Part shown: piece after piece, positions 57,069 to 64,000 of the stretch
Layout of the letters: each line of letters opens with the position of its first letter
How positions within the stretch are numbered: position 1 is the first letter of the stretch
Program-made: the position numbers and the translations under genes
The notes under the pieces: generated by a model
Databases searched by the model: none
What the model saw: only the letters and a program-made list of their open reading frames with translations
What the model was told of the DNA's origin: nothing
Source: Patescibacteria group bacterium
Lineage (GTDB): Bacteria; Patescibacteriota; Patescibacteriia; Buchananbacterales; UBA6539
Length of the DNA stretch: 64,000 bases
Assembly (NCBI GenBank): GCA_041649675.1
Contig: JBAZMQ010000001.1
Span: 64,792-128,791, forward strand
Direction of reading: 5' to 3'

Positions 57069-57580
57069 TGGATACCTTGCAAACAATATTTTCTCGCCGC
57101 AGTATAAGAAAGTATCAAGACAAAGAGGTATCAGCAGAATTAGTTAACCAGATTTTACAGGCGGCAATGAGTGCGCCTTCGGCTCATAACCAGCAGCCTT
57201 GGCATTTTGTAGTAATTAGGGACAAAAAACTTTTAGCCGAGATTCCCAAGTTTAGCCCCTGGGCCAGTATGGCCAGCGAAGCAAATATAGCAATTTTGGT
57301 TTGTGCTGATTTAACCTTGAAAAAATCAGATCAAGATTATTGGATCCAGGATTGTTCAGCCGCAGTCCAAAATTTATTGCTGGCTTGTCATGACTTAGGT
57401 TTAGGCGCAGTTTGGACGGCCAGTTATCCAATGCCAGACCGAATGGCCGGCTATAAAAAATTGTTTAAGCTGCCAGAAACTATAATTCCTTTTGCCTTAA
57501 TTCCCCTTGGTTATCCGGCTGAAATTCCCAAAGATCAAAATCGTTTTAATCAAAAAAGAATTCATTTAAATCAATGGTAA
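57068..57580 (+). CDS. Nitroreductase family protein
   Basis: RRSIRKY, APSA.N.QPW.F, QDCSAA.QN.LLA...GLG.VW, GYP. Confidence 0.93.
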   Translation: MDTLQTIFSRRSIRKYQDKEVSAELVNQILQAAMSAPSAHNQQPWHFVVIRDKKLLAEIPKFSPWASMASEANIAILVCADLTLKKSDQDYWIQDCSAAVQNLLLACHDLGLGAVWTASYPMPDRMAGYKKLFKLPETIIPFALIPLGYPAEIPKDQNRFNQKRIHLNQW

Positions 57581-57679
57581 ATCCTGACACTTATTTCTTA
57601 GTTAGCCGGGGATTGTAATTAAATTGTATTAAAAACGTGAATTATATTATTATATTTAATAAATTAAGTATCAGGGTAA

Positions 57680-57934
57680 ATGTTAGATAAATTAAAACAA
57701 TTAGGTCAATTAAAATCAATTCAAGACTCGTTAAAGGCTGAAAGATACGAAGTTGAAAAAAACGGCGTTAAGGTGGTAGTTAATGGCAGCTTGTTAGTTC
57801 AAGATATTATTTTGAGTCCGGATTTTGCAATTGAAACCGGTGGTGAAATTATCAAAGATTGTATAAATGAAGCAATTACTAAAGCCCAGCGCAATATGGC
57901 CCAAAAATTGGCGGGTATGAATTTGGGACTTTAA
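57680..57934 (+). CDS. YbaB/EbfC nucleoid-associated protein
   Basis: Q.K..Q..L, VKV..NG, I.DC.N.A..K; near dnaX. Confidence 0.85.
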   Translation: MLDKLKQLGQLKSIQDSLKAERYEVEKNGVKVVVNGSLLVQDIILSPDFAIETGGEIIKDCINEAITKAQRNMAQKLAGMNLGL

Positions 57935-57938
57935 GCTT

Positions 57939-58382
57939 ATGAAAAACAAATTGTTGTTTTATCGTTTGGTTTTAGCTTTGGTTATGGCTATTGCCTGGGT
58001 AGCTTTAACCAATAATCAATACGCTTATAATCATAATTTCCCCCAGCTTTTTGGTTTACAGCTCTATCCCTTAATTGCTTGGTTTTTAGCTTTAAGCACT
58101 GCCTATTTTGCCTACACCTGGTTAGGTGTATTTTTTAAACTAAAAAGTTTTAGCTTGAATTTTATTGTTGCCTGTCTTTTGTACTGGCCGATTTTAATTT
58201 TTGCCGAAACCGCCGGCTACTATTGGTTTAATATTCATAATTTGGCGGCGGCCAGTTACCCTGGTTTGCCAATCTGTCATTGTTTGCACGCACCGCCTTG
58301 GATGCAGCTTGGCTATTTTCTATTAGGGCCGGTTTATTTACTTTTAGGCCATCTCTTAAAATTGGATAAAAAATTTAATTAG
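57939..58382 (+). CDS. Hypothetical membrane protein
   Basis: About 4 TM helices; ET.GY...IHN...YPGLP.C.C.HAP motif. Confidence 0.7.
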   Translation: MKNKLLFYRLVLALVMAIAWVALTNNQYAYNHNFPQLFGLQLYPLIAWFLALSTAYFAYTWLGVFFKLKSFSLNFIVACLLYWPILIFAETAGYYWFNIHNLAAASYPGLPICHCLHAPPWMQLGYFLLGPVYLLLGHLLKLDKKFN

Positions 58383-58399
58383 TTAGGAATAAATATTTT

Positions 58400-58450
58400 T
58401 CGCCAAGGGCGAGTTATCCCGACGTAAAGTCGGGATCCCCTGGGGCGGCA
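58400..58450. repeat. REP-like palindrome with nested ATCCCGAC/GTCGGGAT stem
   Basis: Same inner stem as the element at 6735-6843. Confidence 0.55.
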
Positions 58451-58638
58451 AGCCCGCTATTACGTTGATTTGATTTTTTTTCTGACTAAAAATGGCGCTT
58501 AGCGCCACCCCCGAACCCCCACGTTTAATTTAATTTGTATATCACAATAAATTAAAATAGTAACAATTTTTTAAAAAAAAGAAGGCCATTCTAAAGCGAA
58601 TGGCCGTTTTTAATACAATTTTGTGACCGACCTCCTGG

Positions 58639-59298
58639 TCACTGACCCAGATAGGTAATGATTTCATCGTAAAGGGCTTGAGCCATCATTCCTTGCTCCA
58701 GGTAGAAGTCCAGCAGTTCGCGCAGAGTGAAAGCCGCATGCAGGGTATAGCCGGCGTCTGCCAGCTCTTGACTGCCGCCTTGCTCGCGGTCAACGAGAAC
58801 GGCAACATCGGTGACAATCAATCCGGCTGCCTCAAGTACTCCGATGGCGTCTTTTTTGCTTTTGGATTTGGTGATCAGATCATCAATCATTATCGCCGTT
58901 TGACCCGGCTGAAAGAGACCGTCAATTTTGGCACCCGAACCGTGGGTTTTTTCGCCTTTGCGCGGTGTAATCATTGGTACGCCGGAAAGCTGCGAAATGA
59001 CCGTTGCCAGGGGAATGCCCGCTTCGGGTATGCCGGCAATCAAGTCAAATTTGCAGGGTTCAATCATTTTCAGATAAAGCTCGGCAGTTGTTCGAAGCAG
59101 TTGCGTAACCGACTGCAGGTTACGAAGGTTGACATACACCGGTGAAAGCGGGGCTTCTGGATCATCTTCGTGCAGCTTGAGCTTGAATCCCTGACCACCT
59201 GGTGATGACGTCTTGTCCTGAATTGCTTTGGCCTGCCGGTACAGTCCGGCTGCAACCATCTGGCCAATTGAATTTTGGATATAACCTTTTGCGGGCAT
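58639..59298 (-). CDS. pyrE: Orotate phosphoribosyltransferase
   Basis: F.LK...SP.Y.NLR, RK..K.HG, IDDLIT PRPP motif, VDREQGG. Confidence 0.93.
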   Translation of the reverse strand: MPAKGYIQNSIGQMVAAGLYRQAKAIQDKTSSPGGQGFKLKLHEDDPEAPLSPVYVNLRNLQSVTQLLRTTAELYLKMIEPCKFDLIAGIPEAGIPLATVISQLSGVPMITPRKGEKTHGSGAKIDGLFQPGQTAIMIDDLITKSKSKKDAIGVLEAAGLIVTDVAVLVDREQGGSQELADAGYTLHAAFTLRELLDFYLEQGMMAQALYDEIITYLGQ

Positions 59299-59329
59299 AT
59301 CGTTTTTCCTTTCGTGTCTGTTATGTCGG

Positions 59330-60187
59330 CTAGGCTGCCGACGCCATTTCTTCCTTGATCCGTTCGCACGCTTGGCGGCGGGTCATACCGGCAGTTTTTT
59401 TCACCACCGGACGGGAAACGATCACGGCATCGGCGCCATTTTCAATGGCCTGTTTGGGTGTCGTGACACGCTTCTGATCATCACCCTCAACCAGTGACCA
59501 AAGGGACCGAATTCCCGGATTGCCGATGAAGAAATCGGGACCGCACAGCTCGCGAATCATAGCCGTTTCTTTCGGCGAGGCGATAACGCCATCCAAACCG
59601 GCTGACTTAGCCAACAGAGCGAGGCGGCCGACTTGAGCCAGCATAGCTTCGGTTTTTAGCCGCTGCAACGCTGATTTGACGTTTTCGGGGGTATCGTCTG
59701 CCAAAGCGGGAAGCGGCGCGAACAGGCCTAAGTCAACCAGCGACTCATAATCGTGATCCGTCAGGATTGTTACCGCCAGGATTCCCGGGCGATTGTCAGC
59801 GCTGACTTCAGCATCACCGAAAACCTGGGCAATGGCTTCCTTGGCCTTGAGCATCATCCTCTTTCCGCCTAGCGCGTGCATATTGACCATCGCCACGTTC
59901 ATGCCAAGGATCTGGAGCAACGCTTGTAGAACGGTATTGGAGATATCGTGCAGCTTGGCATCCAGAAACACTTTGCCGGGCAGAAAACCGAACAAGGCGC
60001 GTGCCTCGCGCAGGTTCTTGATGGCTTCTTCCTCGTCACGGGCGCCCAGCATCAGGTTGAGCATCGTATAGATGAGCTGAAAGCCTATTTTGAAGCCATC
60101 TGCGACTTCATGCGTCTCCTCAACCACCTCGGTGGCTTGGCCGATTGTCGGGACATCTAGTCCCACTATCAATCCTTTTTTCAACAT
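59330..60187 (-). CDS. pyrF: Orotidine-5'-phosphate decarboxylase
   Basis: LIVGLD, FKIG, FLDAKLHDISNT, VTILT, PGIR, DQKRV.TP. Confidence 0.95.
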   Translation of the reverse strand: MLKKGLIVGLDVPTIGQATEVVEETHEVADGFKIGFQLIYTMLNLMLGARDEEEAIKNLREARALFGFLPGKVFLDAKLHDISNTVLQALLQILGMNVAMVNMHALGGKRMMLKAKEAIAQVFGDAEVSADNRPGILAVTILTDHDYESLVDLGLFAPLPALADDTPENVKSALQRLKTEAMLAQVGRLALLAKSAGLDGVIASPKETAMIRELCGPDFFIGNPGIRSLWSLVEGDDQKRVTTPKQAIENGADAVIVSRPVVKKTAGMTRRQACERIKEEMASAA

Positions 60188-60222
60188 TTGCCAAAATTCC
60201 TTTCTGTCCTTCGTCTATTCTA

Positions 60223-60305
60223 CTCGTTTTAAGGAACAACTGAGCCGCCTAATGCGACCCAGCCTCCTTTGACCCAATTTTAGCCTAGCTTGAGGCAAAA
60301 ATCAA
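60223..60305 (-). promoter_or_regulatory. pyrF promoter (TTGATT-17-TAAAAT), hairpin, then boxA-like GTTCCTTAAAAC
   Basis: -35 at 60305-60300, -10 at 60282-60277; CTGGGTCGC/GCGGCTCAG stem directly before the motif. Confidence 0.6.
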
Positions 60306-60365
60306 GCGCAATAAAACAGCCATTTTTGGCTGTTTCTTGAGCTGTATTTAACCTTGTAAGCCGCC

Positions 60366-60980
60366 TTAGCTTAAGCGGTTTTTTCGGTAATAAGCCATTC
60401 TGACCTTAATTAGTTTTTTAGCTTCTTTTAGACTATATCCAGTAATAAATTTTGGTAGCCTTTTGGTTTTAACTTCATTAATAAATTTTTTATTTGATTT
60501 AGCATCAAAAGTTGGTTTAACCGAATTAGCATCCAAACCGCTTAGCATATCCGCTTCCATTAAGACTATTTCGTCAACGTCTTTTAATTCGGCCACTTTA
60601 TCGTGAATGGCAACCAGGTGTATGCACCTTTGTTTTTGTTTGACGGTTAAAAAATTAAAGAATTTGTCTTTCAGTAATTTCCGGGTTTTCTTGGCACCAA
60701 TAATCATGTGCTGCGTTTTGGCGTCTTTTACCTCCTCGTAATTCAAAACTTCCTTAACTTTAAATAAACCGGAGTAACCCCAGTCATGAGCGTAGGCGGC
60801 AATTATTAAAACGTCTTGGTCAAGTTTGAGCTCGGGGCAATGTTTGATAATTCGTTTAACGTAAGCAACGACTTCAACCGTGCGCGGCTTGTCCCAAAAA
60901 GGCCGGCCCTTTTTTAAATCAGGCAAGATTTTTTTCTTTAAGTAGGCTTCAAGTTTTACCAAGTGCGATTTTGTTTTCAT
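60366..60980 (-). CDS. HD-domain protein (first His replaced by Arg)
   Basis: AHDWG, H...GA, HD, EAD; D.PRT where D..HT is usual. Confidence 0.8.
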   Translation of the reverse strand: MKTKSHLVKLEAYLKKKILPDLKKGRPFWDKPRTVEVVAYVKRIIKHCPELKLDQDVLIIAAYAHDWGYSGLFKVKEVLNYEEVKDAKTQHMIIGAKKTRKLLKDKFFNFLTVKQKQRCIHLVAIHDKVAELKDVDEIVLMEADMLSGLDANSVKPTFDAKSNKKFINEVKTKRLPKFITGYSLKEAKKLIKVRMAYYRKNRLS

Positions 60981-61762
60981 GTTAATTGCTTAACCAATCT
61001 TAAATCAGTATGAGGTGGAGCAACGTAAACAAAGAAATTGGCCGGCAATTTTTTTAGCTCTGCAATATAGTCTTGATAAGAATCAGACAAAATATAAGCT
61101 TTAAAATTACAAATCAAGACTTTGTCTTCGTTACCTTTGACTTCTAGTATGGCTTGGACAATGGCCATGGTTTTTTGCAGAGTATTACAAGCTGAACCAA
61201 GAATTAAGCCATCAAGATTTTTGTCCGTTAAAATTTCTAAGGTCCGAGCTGGAGTGGCGGTGCCGCCATAAATAAAAAAAGGTTTAGCGTCTTGGTATTT
61301 ATCGCTAACAAATTGTCTAATGCTAGCAACGCAGGTTGATATTAATTTTGGCTGGGGCGGGACCACATTACTTTGGCCGCTACCTTGTGTGCCCCATTTA
61401 GATTCATAACCGATAATTGAATTAGCAACAATCTCCTTGGGGATATCTTTGAAAACGGTTTCACATTTACCATAAATTATCGCTGCCACTTCTGGCTCTG
61501 ATTTTTCTTTAAATTCCTGCCAAGATTCGCCAACTAAAATAATCAGCTTGAAGTCAGGAGGTAAATTTTTATTATTTATAACGGTTTTAATTTTACTATT
61601 AATAACTTCTGGTGAATCATTGGTTTCGGAATGGCCGATAATAACGCCAGCGGCACCAGCCGAAATTAAATGATCAATACTAATTTCACCGGTTCTGGCA
61701 CCAGGGTGCAAATTGTCACCTTCGTAGATATTAAAATTTTGAGCAATTAATTTTACAGGCAT
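60977..61762 (-). CDS. Circularly permuted triosephosphate-isomerase-family protein
   Basis: Motif order AQN, GA.TGEIS, IIGHSE, VGE, YE..W, YGG, DG...G.A, then C-terminal CNFK and VAPP. Confidence 0.85.
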   Translation of the reverse strand: MPVKLIAQNFNIYEGDNLHPGARTGEISIDHLISAGAAGVIIGHSETNDSPEVINSKIKTVINNKNLPPDFKLIILVGESWQEFKEKSEPEVAAIIYGKCETVFKDIPKEIVANSIIGYESKWGTQGSGQSNVVPPQPKLISTCVASIRQFVSDKYQDAKPFFIYGGTATPARTLEILTDKNLDGLILGSACNTLQKTMAIVQAILEVKGNEDKVLICNFKAYILSDSYQDYIAELKKLPANFFVYVAPPHTDLRLVKQLT

Positions 61763-61771
61763 AGTATTTTA

Positions 61772-62404
61772 TTATTTTTGCATTAGCACGATTAAGCAGT
61801 ATTCTTTTCCATACATTTTTGAAATAATGGTTTCTCTGGCAACTTTAATTATTTTCAGGTCGCATTCAGAAAAAATTTTTTGGATCTCATTTTCCGGGTA
61901 TGGCCGGCTAAACATTTTTTGGCCGTCAATTTCGGTAAAATTGTCTTCCGGCTCGGCTTTAAAGTTCGGCGGCGGTTCATTTAGGATTAAAAAGAAAAAA
62001 CCATTCTTTTTTAATGCCTTGGCAATTTTTTTGGCGGTTTTTATAAAGTCTTTAACATCCAGGCAAAGCATAGTGTAGCTTGAAATTATTCCGTCAAATT
62101 GGTCTTTAAAAGCAATGTCAGTCATTGACATTTTAATATATTTTGGCCCAACGACATTTTTTTTAGCCAATTTTATCATCGTATCTGAGATGTCTAAGGC
62201 CGTAACTCTAAATCCTTTACTAACTAATTCTTTGGTTATTGGTAAGCCTGGACCGCAGCCCAAGTCCAAAACGGCTGCATTTTTAGGCAGCTTTTTGCAG
62301 AATAAATTAAAAATTTCCAAATATTTTTTATGTTTAATGTACGGCGAAGCAGTTTTTCCTCCTATTTTATCCCAAGCTTTTTTATTTAAGGTAAGTATGT
62401 CCAT
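61772..62404 (-). CDS. Class I SAM-dependent methyltransferase
   Basis: VLDLGCGPG, DIS..M, FDGI, LK.NG. Confidence 0.9.
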   Translation of the reverse strand: MDILTLNKKAWDKIGGKTASPYIKHKKYLEIFNLFCKKLPKNAAVLDLGCGPGLPITKELVSKGFRVTALDISDTMIKLAKKNVVGPKYIKMSMTDIAFKDQFDGIISSYTMLCLDVKDFIKTAKKIAKALKKNGFFFLILNEPPPNFKAEPEDNFTEIDGQKMFSRPYPENEIQKIFSECDLKIIKVARETIISKMYGKEYCLIVLMQK

Positions 62405-62409
62405 TTCTT

Positions 62410-63474
62410 TTACCAGTCGTTACCAATTCCATAGGCTTCCTGGTATCTGGATTTTAAATTAAAGTATCTTTCTTTATACTCAGCCCAAAATTTTTGGTAT
62501 TCTTTTTTAGTAATAAGGTTTTTATACATATAATCCATCTGATCTTTAACCTTTTCTTCGTTATCATAAAAATCTAAATCCCGATTATTTTCATACGTTG
62601 CTTCAAATAGTTCGCCCTTTTCAAACATGCCATTATATGGTGGGGGAACCTTGTGTTTATTTTGCAGAACAATTCGGTAGTTGTCTTCTAAAATTATTTT
62701 TCGATCAAATATAATTTCGGCATAATCCTGAATTATCCCATAGGCTAAGTCCCTAACCTTATTAAATACTTGTTCGGCCTCACCACCAATTGAGACGTAG
62801 CCGTTTGGGTTATGAATGTAATTACCTTCAAAATTTATATCGCCTAAGGCAAACAAATGTCCGATCGCGTATTTAAAAGCATCGGTTGCATCAGTTTTTG
62901 CCAGCTGATCCTTTTGTTTGGCCGAAAGCTTTTCGTAAGAATTTTCGTTAAATAACTTCGGGTATAAAAATTTTGTTAGTTGAAATTTCACCGCCTGGAT
63001 GTCCTGGGGGTATTTTCTTTCAATAATACTCCAGAGAGCCAGCAGTTTTGATTCGGGAACTTTTAAAATATCTTGAGCCACAATTGTTTCAATGATTGAA
63101 AAATCATTTGGGAAAAATTTTTCAAAAAACTTTTTTAGGAAATCCAATTTAATGGCGTTATTGGCAGCCATTATTGCTCTTTGCTTTTCGTTTTCGGCGT
63201 TAAATCTGAAGGCAAAATTCAAAGCGCTAACGATGAATAATCTTGATCTTTTGTTTTGCATCCTTGAAACCTCAACAGCTGGCAGAAAATAAGTAATGAA
63301 TCTTGAATTTAGTTTGGAATCAATATCACCCTCTTTTAAGCCTTCCTTCGATTTTTTAAATTTTGGCTCATTAAACCCAATGATGATGGTTTTGTTGTGT
63401 ATATCAATTTTAGAGTTTTTTAAATTTTCCCTGGGGATAATTAATTCGTTTGAAGCTTCAAATGAGTAATTCAT
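62410..63474 (-). CDS. Hypothetical protein with class Ic aaRS/CDPS-like Rossmann-fold signatures
   Basis: IIIGFNEP resembles TyrRS YxGFDP; KY......GDI...SIGGEAE..F...RDLA resembles Y..L...D...GGxDQ...RD.A; no HIGH/KMSKS. Confidence 0.5.
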   Translation of the reverse strand: MNYSFEASNELIIPRENLKNSKIDIHNKTIIIGFNEPKFKKSKEGLKEGDIDSKLNSRFITYFLPAVEVSRMQNKRSRLFIVSALNFAFRFNAENEKQRAIMAANNAIKLDFLKKFFEKFFPNDFSIIETIVAQDILKVPESKLLALWSIIERKYPQDIQAVKFQLTKFLYPKLFNENSYEKLSAKQKDQLAKTDATDAFKYAIGHLFALGDINFEGNYIHNPNGYVSIGGEAEQVFNKVRDLAYGIIQDYAEIIFDRKIILEDNYRIVLQNKHKVPPPYNGMFEKGELFEATYENNRDLDFYDNEEKVKDQMDYMYKNLITKKEYQKFWAEYKERYFNLKSRYQEAYGIGNDW

Positions 63475-63583
63475 AAATTAAAAATGCTTAATTATTTGTT
63501 AACTACATTTTACCAAATTGGCTTCAAAATAGCTAACCGGATTAGCTTAGTTTAGGGATTTTTGATATGATTTTAGAAAGCCT

Positions 63584-64000
63584 ATGATTTTACCCCTGAT
63601 TAATTTATTAGTCATTTTGCCACTGATGTTTTTTTCATTACTAATAACTGGTAACCAGCCAACTTTTGAGGTTTTAAATCGACCACAAAAGATTGAAAAT
63701 AAGGGGATATATTTAACCGCTTATACGGCCGGGATGAAGCAACGGCGGCAAGAACTGGTTAATTTGATTAAAACCACTGAGTTAAACTCCATTGTTATTG
63801 ATGTTAAAGACTACAGTGGCAAGATCTTTTTTGACGCCAATTTGCCCCTAGCAGACAAGATTAAGTCAAAAGAGATTAGGATACCAGATTTGGACCAATG
63901 GGTGGCAGAACTCAAAAAACAGGGGATTTATACTATTGCCAGGATTGTGGTGTTTCAAGATCCCTATTTAGCCGAAAAAAGGCCTGATATTGCCCTGAAA
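63584..64000 (+). CDS. Putative glycoside hydrolase (DUF4015 family), truncated by the window end
   Basis: N-terminal TM; KGIYLT, TELNSIVIDVKDYSG, GIYTIARIVVFQDPYLA. Confidence 0.85.
   Translation, partial: MILPLINLLVILPLMFFSLLITGNQPTFEVLNRPQKIENKGIYLTAYTAGMKQRRQELVNLIKTTELNSIVIDVKDYSGKIFFDANLPLADKIKSKEIRIPDLDQWVAELKKQGIYTIARIVVFQDPYLAEKRPDIALK

Noticed and set aside
60188-60270. PyrR-binding attenuator upstream of pyrF
   Set aside because: No PyrR consensus loop and no terminator T-tract in the leader.
1-64000. Alternative genetic code 25 (TGA = Gly)
   Set aside because: Conserved genes are full-length under code 11, and several end at TGA at expected positions (e.g. pyrE, the OLD nuclease, the ferredoxin).

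Overview
AT-rich bacterial chromosome segment using the standard code (TGA is a stop). Gene content points to a Patescibacteria/CPR organism, Parcubacteria-like (inference): short HrcA, mostly SD-less core genes, YADG-type surface repeats, CPR-type PyrE. Layout: prmC/prfA/rpmE; two tandem D-lyxose-isomerase-like cupins; a CIRCE-controlled hrcA-grpE-hsp20-dnaK-DUF3467-dnaJ operon; tRNA-Glu(CTC) followed by a ~9.5 kb integrative element (large serine recombinase, AAA_25 helicase with a 51-nt palindrome, AbiJ/Abi_C HEPN, Gabija-like OLD+UvrD); accessory blocks separated by copies of an att-like motif; two GC-richer lipoproteins with EGEGE linkers; a GT2/GT-C surface glycosylation locus; rodA-rplY-dnaX; tRNA-Gln(CTG); pyrF-pyrE; and a four-gene minus-strand operon. 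Most notable: (1) that operon joins a TyrRS/TrpRS-fold-like protein lacking HIGH/KMSKS, a SAM methyltransferase, a naturally circularly permuted triosephosphate isomerase and an HD hydrolase; (2) DnaJ has HPH instead of HPD while the co-operonic DnaK has Gln at the partner R167 position; (3) boxA-like motifs follow six accessory-gene promoters; (4) two leaders in the element share a structured RNA motif; (5) four att-like direct repeats suggest serial accretion next to tRNA-Glu. All family calls come from motif recognition by eye; no searches were run.
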